Below are positions 29,861 through 39,588 of a stretch of DNA of 64,000 bases, one piece after another. Below the pieces are notes generated by a model. The model saw only the letters and a list, made by a program, of their open reading frames with translations, did no database searches and had not been told where the DNA came from. The stretch is from Pelagomonas calceolata (taxonomy: Eukaryota): contig CAKKNE010000006.1 of the NCBI GenBank assembly GCA_918797485.1, forward strand, positions 992,001 through 1,056,000, written 5' to 3'. Each line of letters starts with the position of its first letter. Position 1 is the stretch's first letter. The translations under genes were made by a program, and so were the position numbers.

Positions 29861-32098
29861 ATGCGGCTGCAAAACCTGGCTTTCGCATGCGCCATCACGG
29901 CCGCGGCTGCGCAAGACACCATACAGAAACACCTCGTGGCCAAAATAGAAGGGCTAGTAGATGGCGACGCCTTCTTGATGAAAACACGGCCCTTGACTCT
30001 GGCGCTCGAGCTTCTGGACGCGCCCGCGCCGGGGTCGTTAGCAGTCGAGGTCTATAGGACGACGGGAGAAATCGAAACCCGGTCCGTCGAGGGCCACGAG
30101 GCGTGCGCGCGCGTCGTGTGCGGCGACCAGGTCGAGCAGCGGTGCGTATCGATAGCGGAGGCGCAGTCGATCAAGGTATACACGTTGACGGGCGACAAAC
30201 CTGGGAAATGCGTGATCACGTGCTGGATCGGCTCTGCAGACGGATCAAATGACGCGTCGAGCCTGGAAGCGCGCGTCTTGGGCCGCGGGGACGAACTGGC
30301 GGCGAAGAACGTCTTGGGTCTGTGGCTCGGGCACGACGCGTCTGCGGCATTGGTGATCGATGGCCGGGTGGAGCGCGTAATAGAGTTCGAGCGCTTCTTC
30401 GAGGTGCGCTTCTTCGGGCTGCTGTGCGAGTCGGCGACGCGCGGCGAGGACTTGGAACGGGTCTTGCGGGAGGCGCTGCGCGAGTATGTTGTAGATCACG
30501 TGTCGTGGGTGCCCATGTGGCCCGTCGACGACGCGTGCAAGCGGGATTTGAGAAGCGCGGTATCCAGAGCGAACCACGACGTGGCCCCGACCTGGGTCGA
30601 GGTCGACCACCACGCGTCGCACGCGACGCTCGTGCTGCACGACGCGCCCTTTTCCAACCCCCTCATGTTGAGTTTCGACGGGGGCGGCAACGACGGCGTG
30701 GGGTTCGTCTACGAACGCGCCAACGACACCCTGCGGACGCTGGAGAAAATAGAGTACAACTTCGGGGCGAGCTACGCGAAACTGGGCGTCTTTCTCGAAG
30801 AGGTCAGCGGCGGCATCGACGCGTACCGACGGCGGTGCGCGAACCGGGACTACTCGACCATCCTGCGGTGCGCGCTGGGCCTGGCGGGCAAGGTCATGGG
30901 CTACGCCGGGCTCGGCCGGGTGCGGGACGAGTGGCTCGAGTACGCGCGGCACTTCATGAAGTATTCGGACGGATTGATTCGCATCGCGCCGATGGAACGA
31001 ATAGACGAGCCGTGGCTCGGGAGGGACGAGTGGGGCGAGCCGTGGGAGCGGGGCATTACGCGCGACGACGTCTGGAAGCACCTCCCCGTGGACGACGCGT
31101 CCAACGCCACGACGCTTGACCGAGACTGGGCCGCCACGGCCCAGCGCGCGTTCGAGCTGGAGGTGCGGGCGCTGCTCGAGCCCTACTTTCTGACTGGCGC
31201 CCCGTACGACGGCCTCGCGATGACGGGCGGCTGCGCGCTCAACGTCATCGCGAACTCGTACCTGGAGCGGGTCTTCGCCGTCAACGTGTACGCGCCGCCG
31301 CACCCGGGCGACGGCGGGTTAAGCGTGGGCGCCGCGTGGCAGTTGCGGCGGCCGGCTTCCAGGAAACCGCTCCAGCACGCTGGGCCGGCGCTCTTTGATC
31401 TGGACTCGCTGGAGGCGCACATCGACGCATTTTCGGAAAATCACACGGAGAACGTACGTGTCCGTCGCCTCGACGAGGACGCGTTGATCGAGGCGGTCGC
31501 GGACGCGCTGGCGGGCGGCGCGATCATCGGGGTCGCGCGGTCGCGGACGGAGTTCGGGCCGCGCGCGCTGGGGCGGCGGAGTCTCCTTGCCGTGCCCGTC
31601 GTCGGTGCGCGCCACGCGATGAACGTCGTCAAGTTTCGGGAGTGGTGGCGGCCCTGCGCGCCTGTGGTCGCCGTTGAGGACGCGCTCCGAGTCTTCACGA
31701 CGCTGCCGCGGTCCCCGTACATGAGCTTCGCGCCCAAGCTCACCGCGGCCGCGGCCGCGGCGCTCCCGGACATAGTCCACTTCGACGGCACCGCGCGGCC
31801 GCAGACCGTGGCCCCGACGGATGACGCCTGGCTGCACAAGCTGTTGCTCGCCGTGAAGGCGCGGACTGGCTGGGCCGTTCTCATCAACACGTCCTTCAAC
31901 GCGCGAGGGAAGCCAATCCTCAACACCGCGCGCGAGGCGTTGGCGCTCCTCCGCGACTCGCCGGCCATGAGCGCCGTCGTCTTCGACGACCGTGTCGTGG
32001 AGCTCCCGGACCGGCCTCAGGCGCTTGCGGGGGATCGGTCCTGCGCGGATGATGTCCCCGCAGCGTCGCCGAGCCTCCGCGGCACCACGAACAAGTAA
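29861..32098 (+). CDS. NodU/CmcH-family O-carbamoyltransferase 3, with signal peptide and Ig-like module
   Basis: GHDAS, EFERF, DHHASHA, FDGGGNDG, AGKVMGYAGLG, TGGCALNV, PGDGG, EFGPRALGRRS, INTSFN. Confidence 0.92.
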   Translation: MRLQNLAFACAITAAAAQDTIQKHLVAKIEGLVDGDAFLMKTRPLTLALELLDAPAPGSLAVEVYRTTGEIETRSVEGHEACARVVCGDQVEQRCVSIAEAQSIKVYTLTGDKPGKCVITCWIGSADGSNDASSLEARVLGRGDELAAKNVLGLWLGHDASAALVIDGRVERVIEFERFFEVRFFGLLCESATRGEDLERVLREALREYVVDHVSWVPMWPVDDACKRDLRSAVSRANHDVAPTWVEVDHHASHATLVLHDAPFSNPLMLSFDGGGNDGVGFVYERANDTLRTLEKIEYNFGASYAKLGVFLEEVSGGIDAYRRRCANRDYSTILRCALGLAGKVMGYAGLGRVRDEWLEYARHFMKYSDGLIRIAPMERIDEPWLGRDEWGEPWERGITRDDVWKHLPVDDASNATTLDRDWAATAQRAFELEVRALLEPYFLTGAPYDGLAMTGGCALNVIANSYLERVFAVNVYAPPHPGDGGLSVGAAWQLRRPASRKPLQHAGPALFDLDSLEAHIDAFSENHTENVRVRRLDEDALIEAVADALAGGAIIGVARSRTEFGPRALGRRSLLAVPVVGARHAMNVVKFREWWRPCAPVVAVEDALRVFTTLPRSPYMSFAPKLTAAAAAALPDIVHFDGTARPQTVAPTDDAWLHKLLLAVKARTGWAVLINTSFNARGKPILNTAREALALLRDSPAMSAVVFDDRVVELPDRPQALAGDRSCADDVPAASPSLRGTTNK

Positions 32099-32140
32099 CT
32101 GTGGTTTTCTAGCACTCCGAGTCCACACACAAACACATCA

Positions 32141-33394
32141 TTATAATGAGTCGCGCCGCTGCGGGAAGCACCTCTTCGTCGAGGCCGTGGGCAGCGCGAC
32201 CGAGGGCGCGGCCGCGTGCTTGGCCACTGCGTCGCCGTCGAAGACGAGGCACCAACCGGCCCGCGCGGCGCCGCCGCGCCAGGCGACGCCGTCGGGCATG
32301 TCGGGCGGATAGTCGTGGTCGTGCGTCGTCAGGAAGCGGCCGCGGCACTCGCGGTCGTCCGAGGCGCGGGCGTCGTCGTCGACGACGGCGCGCTCGCGCG
32401 CGAGGGCGACGGCGGCGGCCAGCTGGGCCGTCTCATGCGCACGTGTCTCGCGACCGAGGGCCGACGCCAGGAATTGTTCGCCCGCGTCGCACGTCTGGGC
32501 GTCGCAGGTCCCGCCGACGTCGTAAAAGTAGGTCGCCGACGCATTTCCCACGGCGACTCGTACGGGCAGCGCCGCGGGCGCGCGCGGTCGCGCCGGTTTG
32601 TGAGAGGCGCATCGGGCCCACACGGCCGGCGTCGCCGGCGCCGTCGCCGCGAACGCGCGGCCCGGCGGGCCGAATGTCGCGTCGTCGCGCACCGACTCCA
32701 AATACATCATCTCGCGCGTCGCCGGCGCCACCGACGGTTCGGCGCGCATGAGCTTGAGCCCGCCCGCGCGGATCATGTCGTAGAAGGATGCGATCTCGGA
32801 GGTCTGGCCGTTCTCCTGGAAGATGATGCGGCCGTTACCACGCAGATGCGCCCTCACGCCAGCATAGAAAGCTCTGTGCAACGCCCAGCCGCGGTCGCCG
32901 GTCACCCCAAACTCCAATATTGTCGGGTCCCACTCCGCGCTTGCAAAGTGCGGCGGGTTCGCCACGACTAAATCCCATATCTCATGTGAGGGAATCGCCG
33001 CCAACCCGTCCGAGAGGTACGGTTGGACGCGGCCGGCGAGCCACGCATTGGACGGGTGCGCGAGCGTCTCGTTGATGGCCGCCACTGCCTCCGGGTTCCG
33101 GTCGCTCAGCGCCAGCGTATCACACACACCCGCGGCCACCAAGGCAAACCCGATGAAGGCCGGCCCGGCGCAGAACTCGAGGCAGCGTCCTATGTTAAAT
33201 CCTACTGCGTTATAAGCGTATCTCACCAGATCCATGCCAAAGGCGAGGCCGCCACCGTTGAGATCTTCCTCATAGGCCACGAGGACCGCGCCCGCTCGTC
33301 CTTGGACTTCCCACCAGAGCCACTTCTCATGAGCCTGGTAGTGCGCATGCGCACGCGCCCCGAGGACGACGAGAAGCCAGCGGCGCCACACCAT
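32141..33394 (-). CDS. Secreted NPPH-motif (HemK/MTS-like) methyltransferase, third paralog
   Basis: Signal peptide MVWRRWLLVVLGARAHA; GGGLAFG, LEFCAGPAFIG, YLSDGL, WDLVVANPPHF, GWALHRAFY, IIFQEN. Confidence 0.82.
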   Translation of the reverse strand: MVWRRWLLVVLGARAHAHYQAHEKWLWWEVQGRAGAVLVAYEEDLNGGGLAFGMDLVRYAYNAVGFNIGRCLEFCAGPAFIGFALVAAGVCDTLALSDRNPEAVAAINETLAHPSNAWLAGRVQPYLSDGLAAIPSHEIWDLVVANPPHFASAEWDPTILEFGVTGDRGWALHRAFYAGVRAHLRGNGRIIFQENGQTSEIASFYDMIRAGGLKLMRAEPSVAPATREMMYLESVRDDATFGPPGRAFAATAPATPAVWARCASHKPARPRAPAALPVRVAVGNASATYFYDVGGTCDAQTCDAGEQFLASALGRETRAHETAQLAAAVALARERAVVDDDARASDDRECRGRFLTTHDHDYPPDMPDGVAWRGGAARAGWCLVFDGDAVAKHAAAPSVALPTASTKRCFPQRRDSL

Positions 33395-33472
33395 CTATGG
33401 GCAGCCGAACGGATCTAGTGGACTCCGTTATCGCCCCAGGCCCCGTCCGCGGGCAGCTTTTGCTAGGGAAGC

Positions 33473-33494
33473 CTAGTGTCTTACAGGCCGCTAG
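33473..33494 (+). promoter_or_regulatory. Conserved 22-bp intergenic element CTAGTGTCTTACAGGCCGCTAG
   Basis: Identical copy at 40526-40547; variants at 47880-47901 (rc), 50368-50388, 52659-52679 (rc), 40451-40469 and 1421-1436. All lie in 5' intergenic regions. Confidence 0.6.
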
Positions 33495-33703
33495 CGCACG
33501 ACGCGCCCCAGCTCCCGCCCACTATTCCTAGCACCGTAACATATCCCGTCGGCGTTATATGTTAACCGTAACAATAGAAGCGCGGGATTTCCTAAGCGCG
33601 GGAGCCCTGGAATCCGCGCCCCGGATGATATCGTGCGCATGTCTAGATCGCCCATAGATATTGGAACCGGACGATCTCGTTCGCGGGCGACGTCCACATA
33701 CAG

Positions 33704-34891
33704 CTACTTATGCTGGATTTGATCTTCGACGCGCGAGACGAGGATGTCGCAGACGTTTACGTCGAGATCTATGACGCCGCAGACGCGGTGGACCATGGTC
33801 TCCCGGAAGGCCGCTCGCAGCGCGTGGATCCGCCAGTGGGTCGTCTGGCGCGTGTCCTGGTTGTAGACCTGGACGTCGAAGATGAAAGCATCCCCCACGA
33901 CGCGGACGCCCTCGCGGGCGTCGGCCGGGGCGATTTTGGTGAGGACGTAGTCCTCGTCGGGGCGGGTGTCGCCGAGCTCGTCGACGGCGACCGCCGCGAC
34001 CGGGGAGTCGTCCGCCGCCAGGATTCCGTGCAGATCGTGCACGGGCGGCCGGTCGCCGTACAGGTCGTTCACGTTCCCGAGGGACTGCAGAAATAAGCAC
34101 GCCTCGTGCAAATCGCCGGGGAGCGCGCGGAGGCGCCCATGGGGCACGAAGCCGCCCGTCGCGCCGGGGCCCTTGCTTGCGGCGACGAGCGCGCTCAGGC
34201 GGAAGCCCGCGCGCCGCAGGCTCCCGAGGATGGTCATGCACTTGCTTCCGGTCTGGCAGATACGCTCGTCGCCAGCCACGAAGGGGCACTCGACGTACGC
34301 GAACGACGTGCGATTGAGCGCGGAGGCGTTCGTCGACACCGCCGCCGCCTCGTAGCCCTCTAGGTCCACCTTTGCGTAGAGAATTTGACGGACGCCGGCG
34401 GCCACGGCGTCCAGCGAGTGCTCCGCCGGCACGGCTCCCGTAAATACGCGGTGCCGCGCCGCGTCGTCGAAACCGTTCGCGCGGAGTGCCAAACCGAGCA
34501 GCGCGACGAAGTCTGCGTCGATCTCCGCGGACCGCGTCGCGCAGCCGTGCGCGGCCGCGAGAAGCGTGAAGTAGCCGACGTGGCTGCCCAAGTCGGCGAC
34601 GACGCCGTCCGCCGCGCAGTGCCGCTCGAAGATTCGCCGCGCGATCACGGACTCGGCACCGCCCCAGCGGCCGTGGTGCCACAGGCTGGCCGCAACGATG
34701 CCGAAGTTCCGGCGGTCCATGGCCTCGACGCCCAGCGGCGCGGCAACCCAGAAGCTCACGTTGCCCGTCTCGCGATTCATGCCGACGCGCCGTAGGCCCA
34801 CTCGACGGCCGACCTCGCCCGGCACCGCGAGGTAGGCGCACGCCAGCGGGAGCAGCGTGGCCGCGCAAAAGCAGCCCATCTTTGCAGCCAT
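33704..34891 (-). CDS. Secreted FkbM-like methyltransferase
   Basis: Hydrophobic N-terminus; VVADLGSHVGYFTLLAAAHG, AKVDLEGYE. Confidence 0.75.
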   Translation of the reverse strand: MAAKMGCFCAATLLPLACAYLAVPGEVGRRVGLRRVGMNRETGNVSFWVAAPLGVEAMDRRNFGIVAASLWHHGRWGGAESVIARRIFERHCAADGVVADLGSHVGYFTLLAAAHGCATRSAEIDADFVALLGLALRANGFDDAARHRVFTGAVPAEHSLDAVAAGVRQILYAKVDLEGYEAAAVSTNASALNRTSFAYVECPFVAGDERICQTGSKCMTILGSLRRAGFRLSALVAASKGPGATGGFVPHGRLRALPGDLHEACLFLQSLGNVNDLYGDRPPVHDLHGILAADDSPVAAVAVDELGDTRPDEDYVLTKIAPADAREGVRVVGDAFIFDVQVYNQDTRQTTHWRIHALRAAFRETMVHRVCGVIDLDVNVCDILVSRVEDQIQHK

Positions 34892-35369
34892 TGTTGACAA
34901 CGTGCGCAGCTGTTATAAATGCCCAAAATTTGCGAGGCAGCAGTGATGGTGATATTAAAAGACGTACGCTTTTCTTGGTGCATAGAAGTTTCGATGGGCA
35001 GCGCGCGGGCGGCTGAATCCACTGCAAAACCCGGGACCTCCGCTCTCAGCTGCAGTCCGCCCCGTGAGTGTTTGTTGGGCCCATATATTTAATGGATCTA
35101 ACAATTGGGCGCATTGGATAATTGGCACATTGACCCCGCATAAACCCCGGCCAAGTTCGTCGACAGCTTCCGCCGGTGATGCTGCCCATTGCTGCTTGTC
35201 GCAGCTGGGCTGCCAGGGCATGGTAGAGCCAGCGGAGCGGACTTCTAACAGCAAAGCTCGCCGAGCAACGGCGATGCGCGCGGGCGAAAATTCTACCGCG
35301 ATCGGCGGAGAATCGACCTGCGGTCGCAGTCGGCGCGGTGGGCTCGCCGCGCCCGTGGGACCGCGGACG

Positions 35370-38300
35370 ATGCGTCGCCTGCTGCGAGTCGTCACCGCCG
35401 CGTGCGCGCTGGTCGCGGACGGCTCGGCCGTCATCGCGGCGCGGCGCGAGGCGTGCCCGCCCCTCGAGGGCGCGCACCGCGTGATCGACATGGTGTCGCC
35501 CGCGGAGCCGACGGGCGACTGCCGCGGGAGCGAGGACGTGTGTCCGTCGGCGTTCCTGCCGCTCAAGCGGATCTGGGAGGAGCTTAATCGGACGTTTCCC
35601 ATGTCGCACGCCGTCGTCAACGCGGGCGCGGGCGACGGCGTCTCGGACGACCCGCTGTACGGCCTCCTCGCAGCGTACCCCGACGCTATCCAGGGCATCG
35701 CGGTGGAGCCCGTCGACGCCACCTTCGCGGCGCTCAGCGAGACCGCGCGGGCCCTGCCGCTCCTCGAGGCGCGGCACGAGGCGGTCGCGCCGTCGACCGC
35801 GTCGCGCGCGCTCGCGTACGACGCGTCGCGGGGCTCGCTGGACGTGCTGAAGCTGGACATCGACGGGTGCGAGTGCCACGTGCTCGAGGAGCTCGCGCGG
35901 GACCCGGGCTGGCCCAACCCCAAGGTCGTCCACGTCGAGGTGACCCACGCGGTGCCGCCGCCGCTCTCGTACCGAGACATGTGCGCGCGCGACGCGCCCG
36001 GCCGGAGCGTCGTCCCCTACGCGGACAACCTCGACGTCTACGGCTGCTCGATGCAGGCGGCGCGCGACGTCCTCAAGCCCTGGGGCTACCGCCTCCTCCA
36101 GTACGACTTCCCCGACGCGGTCTTTCTTCACGAGGACTACGTGGCCGCGTTCCCGTGCGTGCCGTGGCTCCGGACCGACGACTTCCGCGCCGCCTACGAC
36201 AACGGCGCCGCCTACGCGCGCGAGACCTACGCACGCTTCGGCAGGCACCAGACGAACCGCAGCTTCGTGGCGTCCCTCCCGGCCCTCGCCGCTACCGCGA
36301 CGCTCCGGCCCCGCGAGGCCCTCGCGGCGCTCGTGGCGCAGGCGCGGCCCGCGTGGCGCAAGCGCCCGCTCTGGGTCGAACTCGCCGTCGCCGGCACCGA
36401 CGTACGCGCGACGATCCGCTGCGACCTGCCGCACAAGGGCCTCTGGCTCGGCTTCGTCCCCGCGACCGACGAGGAGGACGCCTGCCTCACCGCCGGCTTC
36501 GACGAGACCTGGACCGGTGAGGAGCCGGCCGCCACCGAGGAGTCGGCGCCCAAGCCCGAGGTGGCCGCGGCGCCCGCCGCGCCCGCGGCCGACGAGCCGG
36601 AGCCAGCCGCGGCCGACGACGCGGCAGCAGCCTCGTGCCCAGCGGAGCCGAGGGACGCGCAGCTGGCGGCGGCCCTCTGCCCCGGGCGGAAAGCGCCGCG
36701 CGTGGCGTACTGCATCTACGGCGCGGCGCGGACGCTCGCGAAGCCGCAGGTGCACCTCTCGCTCGCAAGAAACCTGGTCGAGGCGTTCGGCGGCGAGGCG
36801 ACGGTGCTCTGGTCGCTCGCCCTCGAGGACGACGGGAGCCGCGACCGGCTGGCGGGCGCGCGGCGGGCGCTCCGGCCCGCCGTCGAGCGCTACGATCCCC
36901 GCAACGAGACAGCGGCGGCAACGTTCGAGGCGCTCAGCCACGGCCCATTCGAGAGCGCGCGCGCGGCGCAGGGCGGGTGCTACGCCACGCCGCACGCGGC
37001 GCGCGACGCGCGGCTCTACGCGCGGCTCGCCCGGTGCCACGACGACGTGGAAGCGATCGAAATGAATAGAGGAGTCGACTTCGACTGGGTCGTCTACGCG
37101 CGGCCGGACCTCGCCTTCTACGCGTCGGTCCGCCCGTGGTGTCTCTGGGACGACCGGGCCGTGCACGCGCCGCCGGGCCCGAACCAGGGGCTCAAGGACG
37201 GCCCGCAGTCCGTGTCCGACGTCGTCGACTTCCCGTTCTTTGCGCCGCGCCAGTTCCTCCGGCGGGCGTTCCGGGAGCCGGCCGCGGCCTGGGCCCGGCT
37301 GCGCCCCGGCGACGCGTGCTGCTTCACGGACAAGCCGGAGATGTTCGTGCCGTGCCACCTCGCGCAAGAGCGGGTCCCGCTCGCGCGGACGGAGGTGCCA
37401 TGCGTCGTCGTCCGCGCGGACCGTTGGAAGCCGACGCAATGCGTCAACTGGGGCGGCATCCTCGCAGGGACCGACGCGGCGACGCACCCGGCGGGCTGCG
37501 ACGCGTGCGACGCGCCGTTCGACGCGCGGTGGCGGTGCGCGGACGTCATCCACGGGCCGAAGCGCGTCGCCATCCTGTTCGCGGGTGCGCCGCGCGTGCT
37601 GTCGGCGACGTTCGACGACGCGGGATTCAACTTTAGGCTCGACGAGTGGCTTCGGCTCGACGGGCCCGACGACCGCCTCCCCGTCGACGCCATAAAGTCC
37701 GCCATGCGGAACGAAGGCATATACGAGTGGGCAGCGCCGGCGCCGCCGCCGGCGCACAACGCAGCGTTCGCGGCGCACGCGAGTCTGGTGGATCTCTTCC
37801 GCGAGAACGTGTACCTCGCGCTCCAGCGCCAGGGCGTCGAATTCGACGCGTTCTGGTGGCTCCACGCGCGGACGGCGGCCGACGTCGGGCCCCTCGAACG
37901 GCTCGCTTGCCCGCTCCTCCGGCCGCCGGCCGCCGCGGGCGCGTCCTACGAATGCGTCGTCCGGGTGCGAGACGCCGGCGACCCGCTGCTGCGCGTCGAC
38001 GCGGCGCGGGCGTGGCCGGCGGTGTGGTCGACCTTCTTGGACCCGTCGGAGACGCGCATCCGGAATTTTCTCGCCATGCTCCACGACCTGGTGCGCGTGG
38101 ACGAGATGCGGGAAGCGAGGGAGCGGGCGACGGGCGCGGCGTACTCGCACGTCCTCAGGTTGCGACCGGACCTCGCCGTGTGGCAGCCCCTGCCCGCCAC
38201 GCTCTTCGATGAGAGTCCGAATCTGTACGTCGTGGCGCGCGCGACGTACGTCGGGGGCAACGAGGACAACTTCATGGCGGCGCGCGCGGACGTCGCCCGG

Positions 38301-39521
38301 GCCGCGATGCGCCGGGCCGAGGTCCTGCAGGACCCCGACGCCTGGAGCGGCTGGAACATGACGCGGGGTGCGCCCGTCCCGCGGCCGCCAAATTGGCCCC
38401 GCGCGTTCTACAGCCCAAACTACGACATGATGCCGAACACGTGGTGGCCCGAGGACTTCGTCGCGCACGCGATCAAGCGCGCGGGCGGGACCGTCGCCGA
38501 GCACGCGGGCGCGAAGGCGCGCGTGATCCACTCGTCGACGCGCCACGCCCCCCTCGGCGCGGCGGCGGGCCCGGACGTGGCGGTGCTGCTGGTCGGCGCG
38601 GATTACGACGTGGCCGACGAGGCCGTCGCGCGCGCCCACTTCGTGCTGATGCGCGACGAGGTCGCGGACAGGCTCCGGGCCGAGACGTTTGCCGTCGGCG
38701 ACGAGTGCGGCGGGGGGATCGTCGCGTACGCGCGGGAGTACCTCGAGGCTGTCGCGGCGGGCGTCGTCGGCGCGGGCGCCGACGGGTGTCGCGGCTTCCC
38801 GCCGCCCCCGTGGGCGGGGCCCGCGTTTCCCGGCATGCAGCAGTGGTTCCGCGTCCAGTGCGCCTGGGAGCTCATGGAGGCGCGGGAGGCGGCACGCGCC
38901 GAGACCTACAGCGTCGTCGTGCGCCTGCGGCCCGACGCCACGCCGTACCCCTGGGACGCGGCGCTCGTGCGCGCGGCGGCCGCGGCGCGGCGCGACGTCG
39001 TCTTCGCGGCGACGGACCATGCGTTCTGGGGCAGCAGGCCGGCCGTGGCCGTCGCTGCGCGCCTCTGGCCGGCCATCGGCGGGCTCTTCGCGGCGTCGGC
39101 CACGCCGAACGTGGCCTTCTCCGTGCGCGCGTTCCGCGACTCGCTGGCGTCGCTGCCGGCGGAGGCCCGCTCGCACGACACGTGGACCTTTTACTCGAAG
39201 GTCGGCGTGCTCGCTGCGCCGGGCGGCGCGCGGCCCTCCGTCGACGAAGCGCGGACCGCCCTGGCGGCACTCCACCAACAAGGTGTAAGTTACGTGACGC
39301 CCGGCGACGTCGATCTCGACTTCGGGCGCCTGGCCAACGACCGGTGGGACACGTGGCCGCGCTACTTCGCGGCCGAGAGCGACTTCATCGCGTGGCTGCT
39401 GTACAACAACATCACCGCGTGCGATCTCGGCGTGGGGACTCACATGCTGTTCCGGGGCGTCGCCCACGCCCGCGCCCCCGGCGTCTGTCGCGTCGAGGCG
39501 GATGCGGCGGGGAGCGCTTAG
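35370..39521 (+). CDS. Secreted fusion: FkbM-like methyltransferase + three tandem uncharacterised GT-like domains (G..R / RPD type)
   Basis: Signal peptide. MTase: NAGAGDGVSDDPLY, LKLDIDGCEC, YGCS. Repeats: RVAYCIYGAART..FDWVVYARPDL; RVAILFAGAPR..YSHVLRLRPDL; ..YSVVVRLRPDA..DHAFWG. Confidence 0.7.
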   Translation: MRRLLRVVTAACALVADGSAVIAARREACPPLEGAHRVIDMVSPAEPTGDCRGSEDVCPSAFLPLKRIWEELNRTFPMSHAVVNAGAGDGVSDDPLYGLLAAYPDAIQGIAVEPVDATFAALSETARALPLLEARHEAVAPSTASRALAYDASRGSLDVLKLDIDGCECHVLEELARDPGWPNPKVVHVEVTHAVPPPLSYRDMCARDAPGRSVVPYADNLDVYGCSMQAARDVLKPWGYRLLQYDFPDAVFLHEDYVAAFPCVPWLRTDDFRAAYDNGAAYARETYARFGRHQTNRSFVASLPALAATATLRPREALAALVAQARPAWRKRPLWVELAVAGTDVRATIRCDLPHKGLWLGFVPATDEEDACLTAGFDETWTGEEPAATEESAPKPEVAAAPAAPAADEPEPAAADDAAAASCPAEPRDAQLAAALCPGRKAPRVAYCIYGAARTLAKPQVHLSLARNLVEAFGGEATVLWSLALEDDGSRDRLAGARRALRPAVERYDPRNETAAATFEALSHGPFESARAAQGGCYATPHAARDARLYARLARCHDDVEAIEMNRGVDFDWVVYARPDLAFYASVRPWCLWDDRAVHAPPGPNQGLKDGPQSVSDVVDFPFFAPRQFLRRAFREPAAAWARLRPGDACCFTDKPEMFVPCHLAQERVPLARTEVPCVVVRADRWKPTQCVNWGGILAGTDAATHPAGCDACDAPFDARWRCADVIHGPKRVAILFAGAPRVLSATFDDAGFNFRLDEWLRLDGPDDRLPVDAIKSAMRNEGIYEWAAPAPPPAHNAAFAAHASLVDLFRENVYLALQRQGVEFDAFWWLHARTAADVGPLERLACPLLRPPAAAGASYECVVRVRDAGDPLLRVDAARAWPAVWSTFLDPSETRIRNFLAMLHDLVRVDEMREARERATGAAYSHVLRLRPDLAVWQPLPATLFDESPNLYVVARATYVGGNEDNFMAARADVARAAMRRAEVLQDPDAWSGWNMTRGAPVPRPPNWPRAFYSPNYDMMPNTWWPEDFVAHAIKRAGGTVAEHAGAKARVIHSSTRHAPLGAAAGPDVAVLLVGADYDVADEAVARAHFVLMRDEVADRLRAETFAVGDECGGGIVAYAREYLEAVAAGVVGAGADGCRGFPPPPWAGPAFPGMQQWFRVQCAWELMEAREAARAETYSVVVRLRPDATPYPWDAALVRAAAAARRDVVFAATDHAFWGSRPAVAVAARLWPAIGGLFAASATPNVAFSVRAFRDSLASLPAEARSHDTWTFYSKVGVLAAPGGARPSVDEARTALAALHQQGVSYVTPGDVDLDFGRLANDRWDTWPRYFAAESDFIAWLLYNNITACDLGVGTHMLFRGVAHARAPGVCRVEADAAGSA

Positions 39522-39588
39522 TACTAATGTGTCTTTTGTGTCACGACACCAGTTGTTTTAACAGGACATAAAAAAAGCCGGCAGCAGC

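Noticed and set aside
35046..39467. 1473-aa minus-strand ORF, and similar long ORFs such as 20-1414 (+), 3816-5519 (+), 25221-26732 (-) and 58704-60023 (+)
   Set aside because: These are antisense shadows of real GC3-rich genes on the opposite strand; they are Arg/Gly/Val-rich and have no motifs.
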